Source: an uncultured beta proteobacterium | GTDB taxonomy: Bacteria > Pseudomonadota > Gammaproteobacteria > Burkholderiales > Nitrosomonadaceae | DNA length: 64,000 nt | Assembly: GCA_900696615.1 (NCBI GenBank) | Contig: CAADGS010000116.1 | Coordinates: 148 to 64,147 of the forward strand | Direction: 5' to 3' | In this document: positions 40,264-48,890 of the stretch, one piece after another | Numbering within the stretch: the stretch's first letter is position 1 | Layout of the letters: the number at the start of each line of letters is the position of its first letter | Made by a program: the position numbers and the translations under genes | The notes under the pieces: model-generated | The model's input: only the letters and a program-made list of their open reading frames with translations | Told to the model about the DNA's origin: nothing | Databases searched by the model: none

Positions 40264-42300
40264 ATGTTTACTTTCATTAGGCATTGTTTATTTCTTTTAC
40301 TGCTATGCCTGGTTAGCGAGCCAGCATTTTCCATCCCGATGCAAGTCCGGTTCAACGATGTCGAATACGATATGACCGTGAGTATTGATCCGGTGAACCG
40401 AGCCCTGATAGGGAAAAGCATCATCACTGTCAAGCATCCAAGAGAATTGCAATTGATGCTTGGCGCTGCTTTTGAGGTGACGCAAGCAATATCCAATGAT
40501 GGACCAATGGGTATTGGCCGTGAGGCATCGAACCAACCGCATGTTTGGAATATACCTGTTGCTTTCAGGCAACAAGTACAATTTGTAATTCATTGGCAAG
40601 GATCGTTGGCACCTTTGGATACTTCACTGGATCATCAACAGACATTGGGTAGACCAATTGCGGTAAGCGGGCAGGCTGGGACCTTTTTGCCTGATGGATC
40701 GAATTGGTATCCGCGTGTAGTAGGCCATCTGGTGCGTTACAAAATCAATATCGAACTGCCGGCCGGCCAGAAAGGTTTGGTAGCGGGCAAATTGATCGAA
40801 GAAAAGGAATCACAACAAGGCTATCAGGCATCGTTTGAGTTTCCAGATCCTACCGAAGGTATCGATTTGATGGCGGGACCTTACGTGGTTGAAACGCAGA
40901 AGTATGAAGGTGTGAAGAACCGGGCAATTCAGTTACGCACGTATTTTCATCCACAAATCAGCGATCTGTCGCGTGATTATTTGGCTTCCGTGAAACGCTA
41001 TTTGGATAAATATGAATCTTGGATTGGCGAGTATCCCTATACTGAATTTAGCATTGTATCGAGTCCGACACCTACAGGGTTCGGTATGCCAACGCTGACA
41101 TACCTAGGAATCGATGTACTCAAATTGCCATTCATTCGCGATACTTCGCTTGGTCATGAAATACTGCATAACTGGTGGGGGAACGGCGTTTATCCGGATT
41201 ATCAGCATGGTAACTGGTCGGAAGGACTGACCACATTCATGGCCGATTATGCCTATAAAGAACAAGAGAGCGATGAGGCGGCGCGCGAGATGCGTCTGGG
41301 GTGGTTACGCGATTTTGCTGCATTGCAATCTGGACAGGATACGCCATTGGCGGCGTTTACATTGCGCACACATGGGGCATCCAAAATCGTTGGTTACAAT
41401 AAAGCAGCCATGTTTTTTTTCATGCTGCGGGATCAATTGGGCGAGGCGGTTTTTCAACGTGCAGTGCAAGGATTATGGAATACCCGGCGATTTAGAATTA
41501 CTTCTTGGCAAGATATCCAAAAAGTATTTGAAATCATTTCCGGACAGCATTTGGATGCATTCTTTACGCAGTGGCTGAATCGCAGCGGTGCCCCCTTTAT
41601 TGTCATCAACGAAGCGAAAAGTATAGGAACTGAATCGGGTTATCAATTAGCTATTACGCTTCAGCAGAGTGAGCCTGCTTATGCGGTGCGTGTACCTATT
41701 GCGATTGAAAGCGAGCAAGGTGTGCATATTCACCGACTTGATTTGCAACAGGCGCAACAGAACTTTACGCTGACGTTACCAGAAAGACCTTTGTCCGTTT
41801 CATTAGATCCCGATTGGCGTTTGTTCCGGCAACTGGCATCCGATGAGGTGCCGCCCATTTTACGTGAAGTGATGGTTAATTCCGCGACGCAAACGGTTAT
41901 ATTGCCGCATCAAGAAGAAGCGCGGAGAGTTGCTGAAATGCTTGCTAGTAAGTTGCAGGATCGAACACCTCAAATCATTTCACCGACTCAACAGATATCC
42001 ACTACGGCCCCGGTTCTGGTCATCGGGCTGCAACCCGATGTCGATACATGGCTTGCAAATCAGCAATTGTCGGCCCGGCCTGATGAAGTCAAGGGAAAAG
42101 GCAGTGCGCAAGCGTGGACCACAAGCCGTCCGCAAGGTGGTTCGCTAGCGATCGTGTCGACTCAGGATGTTGCTGCGATGGAAGATTTGCTGCGTCCATT
42201 GCCGCATTACGGCAAGCAGAGTTATATCGTTTTTGAAGGCCGCCAGGTTGTTGAAAAAGGAATTTGGCAAATACCAATGCAGAAGGTAACGGTTAAGTGA
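40264..42300 (+). CDS. Exported M1-family zinc metallopeptidase
   Basis: Signal peptide. HEILHNWWGN...WSEGLTTF (HExxH-x18-E). Located 23 nt after the ChaN-PDZ gene. Confidence 0.8.
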   Translation: MFTFIRHCLFLLLLCLVSEPAFSIPMQVRFNDVEYDMTVSIDPVNRALIGKSIITVKHPRELQLMLGAAFEVTQAISNDGPMGIGREASNQPHVWNIPVAFRQQVQFVIHWQGSLAPLDTSLDHQQTLGRPIAVSGQAGTFLPDGSNWYPRVVGHLVRYKINIELPAGQKGLVAGKLIEEKESQQGYQASFEFPDPTEGIDLMAGPYVVETQKYEGVKNRAIQLRTYFHPQISDLSRDYLASVKRYLDKYESWIGEYPYTEFSIVSSPTPTGFGMPTLTYLGIDVLKLPFIRDTSLGHEILHNWWGNGVYPDYQHGNWSEGLTTFMADYAYKEQESDEAAREMRLGWLRDFAALQSGQDTPLAAFTLRTHGASKIVGYNKAAMFFFMLRDQLGEAVFQRAVQGLWNTRRFRITSWQDIQKVFEIISGQHLDAFFTQWLNRSGAPFIVINEAKSIGTESGYQLAITLQQSEPAYAVRVPIAIESEQGVHIHRLDLQQAQQNFTLTLPERPLSVSLDPDWRLFRQLASDEVPPILREVMVNSATQTVILPHQEEARRVAEMLASKLQDRTPQIISPTQQISTTAPVLVIGLQPDVDTWLANQQLSARPDEVKGKGSAQAWTTSRPQGGSLAIVSTQDVAAMEDLLRPLPHYGKQSYIVFEGRQVVEKGIWQIPMQKVTVK

Positions 42301-42411
42301 TTGCTGTGTGGAGTGAAGTTGCTTGATATTTTGTTGTATTGTTTAGCTGGATGGTAACGTACCATTAACGTTTTTGTCATTTAATGGATTACACGGCATA
42401 TAGTTTCCACT

Positions 42412-42786
42412 ATGAAAAAAAGAAGATTGATTTTGTTTTTGATGATGTTGATGAGCGCGATCGCGCTTCAAGGCTGCGGGGTAGCGCGGGAACATAGAAT
42501 TCGTCAGGAAGTGTTGGCTGACGCCAGCATGCCGGAAGAAATCCGTAGAGCAATCGATCAAAAAGAATTGGTTGTTGGTATGACACGAGAGCAGGTAATC
42601 GCTTCTTGGGGACTTCCCTGTAAATGGTGTTTTGGAACACGAAAAAGTCCGGGTGGAGATACGTGGGAATATAATCTGTTTGGCTCAGATCTTTGGGTAA
42701 CCGGTTCCGATTTTATTGGCAGCGCAACGGCAATTTATTTGTACTTTGACAGGCATGGATTGCTTAAACACTGGTCCAATAAATAA
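42412..42786 (+). CDS. Small lipoprotein with BamE/SmpA-OmlA-like segment
   Basis: Lipobox IALQGC. VVGMTREQVIASWGLP motif. Confidence 0.55.
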   Translation: MKKRRLILFLMMLMSAIALQGCGVAREHRIRQEVLADASMPEEIRRAIDQKELVVGMTREQVIASWGLPCKWCFGTRKSPGGDTWEYNLFGSDLWVTGSDFIGSATAIYLYFDRHGLLKHWSNK

Positions 42787-42833
42787 GGGTCATGGTTTAC
42801 CAGCGATAATAAGTGTAGTTAGTCAACCGATAC

Positions 42834-44132
42834 TTAGCTAGGTTTGCGCAACAGTTTCTTACTGTCGTCAGATATAACGCTAATTGCTTTATTTCTCAAT
42901 CGCGCTTTGGTGAAGAATTTATAAAAGGTTGGTTCATTGGCTTTTGCAAGTAGTTTGAAAACTTCTTGTTGTGTCATACTGCGTTTTAATTGCAGCAGTA
43001 AAGCGGTGAGTCCGGAAACATGCGCTGTGGCCAGAGAATTGCCCGATACGAAGTCATATGCCCCGTCAGGTAACGTAGTTAGTATGGCCTCACCCGGTGC
43101 GGATAGGACAAGGGCGGGGTCTTCATGACCCGATTGCCCAAATTTTTCACTTATGCTGCGAACGCCGATAACCCCGAGTTGCTGAGCTGGGAAACCGGAT
43201 TTTTCATCATGACTGTCAGCTTGCGAAGCCACGATGATAATTCCCTGTTGAATGGCCTTTTCGATTAATCTAGCTAGAAGCGGGTCGTAAGGCCCGGTTA
43301 AACTTAAATTAAGAATGTCGACTTTCTTTTCAATTGCTGTATTAATGGCTAAAGCTAGTGTAAAGCTATTGCAGACTGCTTCCAGACTATTTGCTTTTAC
43401 ACTCCAGCATGCTTTCAATGAAACGACACGACTATCCGGTGCAATGCCTACGATACCATGCCCGTTATTTGGTTTTGCCGCGATTACACCGGCTATTGCA
43501 GTTCCGTGAATATCAACGGAATCAGTTGATTTCTGCATCACAAAATCTTTGCTCTGATGGATTTGCCCTTTTAAATCAGGGTGATTGATGTCTACCCCGG
43601 TATCGACAATTGCGATGCTAATATTTTTTCCTGTAGATTGGTTGTGTATTTCGGCCAAGTTGATTGAATGTATATTAGTTTGTAGCCGATAATAAGGGTC
43701 GTTATACGTATCGGCCATCACTTTGAAGGTATTCATCGCTTGAACATTACCGATTCGCTCGTCTTGTGACAATGCGGTCATGACATCGGTCAAAGATTCT
43801 TCTTCATCTACTAAATAAACAACACAATGCTCACCAATTTCTTTGATGGGCCATTGGGAAAGAATTTTTAGTTTGTAATCTGTTTCTATGCTGGACGCGA
43901 TTCTTTTACTCCAAGTAGAACTCCCGTAATCGCCTCGACGGCGATATATCTGGTTGGTCATTCCAATTGGAACTTGGTTGATGTGATTGTCAGTGTAGGT
44001 TACTAAAATAATACGTTCTGCGTGCCCGCTATCAAACACCTTGGGATCAACCGATAACTTTTCTTCCGCATGGACAGGAAAGGCAGCAAACATGATCAAT
44101 AGCAAAAAAAGATAAGAACAATAAGCTTTCAT
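42834..44132 (-). CDS. Exported subtilisin-like serine protease (peptidase S8) with N-terminal prodomain
   Basis: Catalytic D (IAIVDTGVD), H (DIHGTAIAGVIAA) and S (SGNSLATAHVSG). Start set to ATG 44132 (MKAYCSYLFLLLIMFAAFPVHA signal peptide). The longer ORF would overlap the anti-sigma gene. Confidence 0.8.
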   Translation of the reverse strand: MKAYCSYLFLLLIMFAAFPVHAEEKLSVDPKVFDSGHAERIILVTYTDNHINQVPIGMTNQIYRRRGDYGSSTWSKRIASSIETDYKLKILSQWPIKEIGEHCVVYLVDEEESLTDVMTALSQDERIGNVQAMNTFKVMADTYNDPYYRLQTNIHSINLAEIHNQSTGKNISIAIVDTGVDINHPDLKGQIHQSKDFVMQKSTDSVDIHGTAIAGVIAAKPNNGHGIVGIAPDSRVVSLKACWSVKANSLEAVCNSFTLALAINTAIEKKVDILNLSLTGPYDPLLARLIEKAIQQGIIIVASQADSHDEKSGFPAQQLGVIGVRSISEKFGQSGHEDPALVLSAPGEAILTTLPDGAYDFVSGNSLATAHVSGLTALLLQLKRSMTQQEVFKLLAKANEPTFYKFFTKARLRNKAISVISDDSKKLLRKPS

Positions 44133-44166
44133 TGAAATGTGAAATACTTGGCAGTTAAATATCATT

Positions 44167-44877
44167 TTAATCAACCGTGGATAATCCATGAGCCAGTTCT
44201 GCAAAAATTACAATTTTGTTGTTACGCAAGTTTGAAATAGCAGTCTTGACTTCCTGTAAACCGGTATGTCCATCACCAATCTGGACTTCATAAACGCCAT
44301 TTTGTAAGGGGCCTTTAACAATTTGACCTGATACGCTATGTAAAGCTGCTGATATATGCTTTGGATTCGCATGCTCGGAAAACACGATACGGATCATATT
44401 GTTTTTTTGTTCACCCTGAACAGGATTGGCAAGCGTTCTATATTCCCCTGTTAAATTAGATTGTTCGATCGATGAAGTTGATAAAAAAGGTAACGCTAAT
44501 AATACTAAGCTTGCAGCCAGAGCAGTAAATTTTATAGCGCTCAAAAATTGCGGGGCAAAAAGTTTGCCTGCGTTGTTTGAACGGGATGATTCGTCTTTCC
44601 GTGCAGTGGGAATAAGCGTATGTTGATTTTCTATCCGCTTCTTCAATTGAGCGAAAGAAACTTGCGATACTTGTTGCAGTAGATCGGTTTGCTGCATTTT
44701 TGCAAGCAGCAGTTTTTGCTGATTGAACTCAAGTCTGCAAGCGATACAATTCTTGAGATGTGCTTTCACAATATCCTGCTCGCTAGGATCTAAAGAGTGA
44801 TTGACATACCAAGGCAAAAGCTTCCAAATCTTTTGATGTTCGCTTTCGCTGCTTGTATTGATATTTGTGGATAACAT
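44167..44877 (-). CDS. Membrane-spanning ZAS-type anti-sigma factor
   Basis: H-x3-C-x2-C (HLKNCIAC) near the N-terminus. One TM segment (FTALAASLVLLALPFL). ~100-aa periplasmic domain. Starts 4 nt after the sigma stop. Confidence 0.75.
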   Translation of the reverse strand: MLSTNINTSSESEHQKIWKLLPWYVNHSLDPSEQDIVKAHLKNCIACRLEFNQQKLLLAKMQQTDLLQQVSQVSFAQLKKRIENQHTLIPTARKDESSRSNNAGKLFAPQFLSAIKFTALAASLVLLALPFLSTSSIEQSNLTGEYRTLANPVQGEQKNNMIRIVFSEHANPKHISAALHSVSGQIVKGPLQNGVYEVQIGDGHTGLQEVKTAISNLRNNKIVIFAELAHGLSTVD

Positions 44878-44881
44878 CTAA

Positions 44882-45493
44882 TTAACCTTTGCCATTATGT
44901 TCATGTAAAAATTGCGCCAAAATTTTTCGTGCGTGAAACATTCTAGTTTTAACAGTATTTTCGGGACATTGCATGATTTCCGAGATTTCATTGTAATGCA
45001 GTCCTTGGAAATATGTCATTTCTACAACAGCTCGCTGTTCGGTTGAAAGTTTGTCGAATGCAACTTGCAACCAATTGCTGACTTCCAGCTCCGATACCCA
45101 GTTAGTACTGCTACTTGGAAAATAATCCAGGTTGTCATCAAATTCATCTGAACGGTCTTCTCTTGTCGAATTTTGTTCGAAACTTTTGATTGATTTCAAG
45201 TATGCAATACCTAAAATCCATGTCGAAGGGCGGCATACTTGGTTATAAGTAGAGGCTTTTTCCCAAACAACAAACATCACGTCATTAATAATTTCCTCAA
45301 TACAGTCGTGATGCCTAACTATATGAAATATAAATTGATAGAGGCGATTATAATAGAGCTGATAAAGTTCTTCAAAAGCTTTCCCATCGCCTCCTGCAGT
45401 GCTTGCGATCAAGCTTCGTTCTTTTTCGTGTTGTTGTTGCGAGCTAAAAATTTTTCGCATTTTTAGCCCTGCCGATTCATGATTTAGTACCAT
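44882..45493 (-). CDS. ECF (group 4) RNA polymerase sigma factor
   Basis: Region 2 (YNRLYQFIF...DVMFVVWEK) and region 4 (LSTEQRAVVEMTYFQGLHYNEISEIMQCPENTVKTRMFHARK). Confidence 0.85.
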   Translation of the reverse strand: MVLNHESAGLKMRKIFSSQQQHEKERSLIASTAGGDGKAFEELYQLYYNRLYQFIFHIVRHHDCIEEIINDVMFVVWEKASTYNQVCRPSTWILGIAYLKSIKSFEQNSTREDRSDEFDDNLDYFPSSSTNWVSELEVSNWLQVAFDKLSTEQRAVVEMTYFQGLHYNEISEIMQCPENTVKTRMFHARKILAQFLHEHNGKG

Positions 45494-45580
45494 AAAAAGC
45501 TAAATTATCCATTTTTTTCAATTCTGCCTGTTTATTCCTGATAGTGTGCAAAAGGTTCATAGCTTAAAAAAACTAAAACA

Positions 45581-46360
45581 TTAGAATCCGACAGTAATGG
45601 AAAATAGCACGCGATTGTCGACAATATGTGGATGAAATCCCCAAGGCTGATATAGCTCTTCGTTTTTATGCGCTGTCGCCGTATGAATGCCGTCATAGTA
45701 ACGCACGTCGACGCCGACGTGACGTGATAGGTGGACGGTTAACCCTGAAGTCCAATAAAGATAGTTGTACTGTAAAACTTGCTTTTGATTGTTGTAACCC
45801 ATGGTGCTTGAAAATTCGATAGATTGTGTAATCGGGTAACGGCCCGTGACTTCGAATCCGTATGCCATATGTTTTTGTTGGTAGCTATCCTCAGAAACAA
45901 AGGCAATGGCTGTAATCAAATCCCGGAAATGGCTGTAAAAATAGAACTCATTGTAATCAGCAACTTGGCCAAATATTTTGCCGTTATAGATGTAGCGGGT
46001 TGCTTCGATATTAAATCGCCAATCTTCAGACAGCTTGTAGGCATAACCTAAATAAGGTCTGAATTCCAAGGTTGAGCGATTTTCGAATCCATGATCGCCG
46101 AAGTTAACCGTTGATCCAAATGAGCCAAAGTAAATACCCGACTTAAATTCATAATCAATATTGGCTTGTGCTGCAGGTTTTTCATCACTTCTCGAGTAGC
46201 CGCGCCAGAAGTAATCCGTTGTACCTGTCAAACTGCCGCGCAGTTCCGCATGACATAGAAACGGAAATGCAAACATAAGTGCGGTCCACCACAAAAGTTT
46301 CTTGTACCAGCCGGCAATGCAAGGATTTGTTCTCCGCCAATACATGCAATGAGTAATCAT
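45581..46360 (-). CDS. Outer-membrane beta-barrel protein of the TIGR02001-like family
   Basis: Signal peptide ...FPFLCHA/E. TDYFWRGYSRSDEKPAAQANIDYEFKSGIYFGSF motif. C-terminal ...LFSITVGF. True start is uncertain. Confidence 0.65.
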   Translation of the reverse strand: MITHCMYWRRTNPCIAGWYKKLLWWTALMFAFPFLCHAELRGSLTGTTDYFWRGYSRSDEKPAAQANIDYEFKSGIYFGSFGSTVNFGDHGFENRSTLEFRPYLGYAYKLSEDWRFNIEATRYIYNGKIFGQVADYNEFYFYSHFRDLITAIAFVSEDSYQQKHMAYGFEVTGRYPITQSIEFSSTMGYNNQKQVLQYNYLYWTSGLTVHLSRHVGVDVRYYDGIHTATAHKNEELYQPWGFHPHIVDNRVLFSITVGF

Positions 46361-46901
46361 TAAAAAATTATCACTGTAATGAGTAAATTAGAAAAACCAT
46401 TAATAATCAATATGGTTGATTTCCCTTGTTATATAAAGCAGTTGTTCTAAAATCTTAAGTCGGTATAAAAACTAAATTTCTAATCAGTCGCTGAGAAAAT
46501 TTAATGACTATCAGTAAGATGCTTTAACTGTTGAACCTTTTTTCATTCTGACAGAATTTACTTGCAGCTATTTTGGAAATAGAAACACTAAAACTAGTTA
46601 TAAAGGGGAAATAGAAATGAAGATGTTATATGTCAAACTGCAGGTAAATGTTTATCTTATTTCATCAACGGTTAGGTTAAAGTCGGAAAGTGGATTAGGC
46701 GGAACTGGCTGAGTTTAGTTGATACAAATAATCATTGTCAACGTTGTGGGATTGGTTGGTGAAGTTAAATGATTTTCTAGAAGATATTGTGTATCCATAT
46801 TACTCATTCTGAGAACTGGCTTGGCGATCAAATCAATTGATTTTTACATCATAAAGTATATATTTTGATTATCGCTGAAATTTTCTGAGTATATTGGAAT
46901 T

Positions 46902-47684
46902 ATGGAAACCTATGATGCTTTAATTGCGACACTTGCGTTAATGATGGGAGTCTCCTGGGCCAGTGGCATTAATCTCTATGCTGCATTGTTTGTGCTGGGA
47001 TGGGGTGGAGCGGCTGGTCACATAGTTTTACCCGATGAACTGACAGTATTGCAAGATCCACTGGTAATTGGCGCGGCCGCTATCATGTATTTGATAGAAT
47101 TTTTTGTTGATAAGATACCGGGAATGGATTCGTTATGGGATTCCATACATACGTTTATTCGTATCCCAGCGGGCGCGATGCTGGCAGCGGGTGCGGTGGG
47201 CGATGTAACGCCAGCTTTGGAAATTGCCGCAGGTGTATTGGGTGGCGGTATCGCAGCAACCAGTCATGTCACAAAAGCCGGGACGCGGTTGCTAATTAAT
47301 ACATCTCCTGAGCCTGTCACAAATTGGTCAGCGTCTCTCAGCGGAGACCTGTTAGTGCTTTCTGGGTTATGGGCGGCGTTAAAACATCCGGAAATTTTTT
47401 TGGTGCTATTTATCGTTTTTATAGGGATTGCCATCTGGGCACTTCCAAAATTATGGCTTTTAATCAAAGGAATGCTGGTACGAATAGGCAGATTTTTCGG
47501 TATTGCGCAAACTCATCCCAGTTCGACTCAGAATGTTCCGGTTGCTGATATCGCCGAGTTGAACGAAAATGTTCAAATAACGGCTCTTGAAAGATTGCAG
47601 CGACTGCGCGATAAGGGGGTGCTAACAGAGCAGGAATTCGAGCAGCAAAAAAGCCAAATTTTGAAAAGTAATCAGCCTAATTAA
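46902..47684 (+). CDS. DUF4126 membrane protein fused to a C-terminal SHOCT domain
   Basis: Gly/Ala-rich TM segments. C-terminal LERLQRLRDKGVLTEQEFEQQKSQIL is a SHOCT-type short oligomerisation motif. Confidence 0.7.
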   Translation: METYDALIATLALMMGVSWASGINLYAALFVLGWGGAAGHIVLPDELTVLQDPLVIGAAAIMYLIEFFVDKIPGMDSLWDSIHTFIRIPAGAMLAAGAVGDVTPALEIAAGVLGGGIAATSHVTKAGTRLLINTSPEPVTNWSASLSGDLLVLSGLWAALKHPEIFLVLFIVFIGIAIWALPKLWLLIKGMLVRIGRFFGIAQTHPSSTQNVPVADIAELNENVQITALERLQRLRDKGVLTEQEFEQQKSQILKSNQPN

Positions 47685-48706
47685 ATTTGGGTTTTGCTGG
47701 ATAATTTATCGAGTTTCTTCATGATTGCGGCTTGTAATTCATCGTTTACCCACGCTTTTCTGGGCAGTGCCCAAAGTGTGGGCTGGGCAAAGGGATAGCA
47801 CTGCAATGCGTTTTCTTCCGGCATGATAATGATTTCAGTATCCGCAGTTTGGAAATCTTTTACATGGAATTGATGGTTTTCGGAAAAAGATTGAAATTGT
47901 GCATTTAACCCTGATTTTTGTATCAAATCAAAGAACCAATATGCATTCTCTCCGCTCGCCATTGCATGAATGCGATCATTGATAAAATCTTTAATTGGGC
48001 GGCGAATTTCCGGATTAAGCACGTTATAGACAATTTCATTGGCTAACATCATATTATAGGCTCTTGTCCACTTACTGATATCGATGTGATGATCTTGCTT
48101 CCCACTCGTGACAATAAGCTCAATTTTATTTAAATGCCGCAAAGGGGTTCGTAGCGGACCGGCAGGTAAAAGCAATCCATTGCCAAGATTGTGCTCATTA
48201 AAATCGACAATTGCGATCTCAACGTCGCGTTCTAGACGATAAAATTGCATGCCGTCATTACAAAGGATGATATTGCAGGCCGGATGTGCATTCAATAGCG
48301 CCTGGGCAACCGCAATCCGATCCCTGCCAACCCAAACAGGACACGTTTGTTGATAATGATGGGCGAGCATGAATATTTTTCCGCCGACCATATTTGGGTT
48401 GGTGGTCGATGTTACCGCAGCAGGTGATCCTGGGTTATCATAATTGCCACGAGTAATGATTCCTGGATGATAACCATTTTTGAGCAGGCTATCGATAAGC
48501 CAATTTATAAAAGGTGTTTTGCCGCCATCATCGATGCTGATACTGTCAATCACGATGACGGGAACCGTCAGTTTAACCGATGGAAAAATATCTAACCAGT
48601 AACATAGTTTCTTGATTGTTAAATAACAACCATAGGCCACACTCAACGGCCAAAGTAAAACATGGAGGGGCGTAATGCGATGCCAGTAGAGCTCAGATAA
48701 TTTCAT
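47681..48706 (-). CDS. Tetraacyldisaccharide 4'-kinase (LpxK) homologue with divergent catalytic motifs
   Basis: C-terminal half aligns well (NDGMQFYRLERDVEIAIVD, GNGLLLPAGPLR). The P-loop region reads DSISIDDGGKTP, and GGKI replaces the usual GDEP. Confidence 0.7.
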   Translation of the reverse strand: MKLSELYWHRITPLHVLLWPLSVAYGCYLTIKKLCYWLDIFPSVKLTVPVIVIDSISIDDGGKTPFINWLIDSLLKNGYHPGIITRGNYDNPGSPAAVTSTTNPNMVGGKIFMLAHHYQQTCPVWVGRDRIAVAQALLNAHPACNIILCNDGMQFYRLERDVEIAIVDFNEHNLGNGLLLPAGPLRTPLRHLNKIELIVTSGKQDHHIDISKWTRAYNMMLANEIVYNVLNPEIRRPIKDFINDRIHAMASGENAYWFFDLIQKSGLNAQFQSFSENHQFHVKDFQTADTEIIIMPEENALQCYPFAQPTLWALPRKAWVNDELQAAIMKKLDKLSSKTQI

Positions 48707-48890
48707 AAACCTCAGCTATTCAAGATATAGTTACAAGACTTTACACATTTTTTGGATCGTAGTCGTCTATTTAAAATTTTACTATGCATCTTTATTTGAA
48801 TATTTTAAATAGTTCCACTATAAGCACCTGGAATCGATGTCATTATTCAAATGTGAATTCGATTGTAACAGTAGTAAAAATGAAAAAATT

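Noticed and set aside
45494-45580. ECF-type autoregulatory promoter upstream of the sigma gene (a TGAACC word on the minus strand)
   Set aside because: Only a -35-like GAAC word is visible, and I could not identify a convincing -10 (CGT/GTC-type) element at 16-17 nt. Left unannotated.
46391-46437. Possible fourth, rearranged copy of the 44-bp module (GAAAAACCATTAATAATCAATATGGTTGATTTCCCTTGTTATATAA)
   Set aside because: It shares only short words (AAAACCA, ATGGTT, TTTCCCTT, TATATA) in a different spacing, lies in very AT-rich DNA, and has no paralogous small gene downstream. Probably chance, though a genome-wide motif scan would settle it.
46617-46712. 31-aa ORF (MKMLYVKLQVNVYLISSTVRLKSESGLGGTG) with a GGGGA-type RBS in the 540-bp spacer upstream of the DUF4126 gene
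   Set aside because: Too short, no recognisable features, and no conservation evidence available from this window alone.
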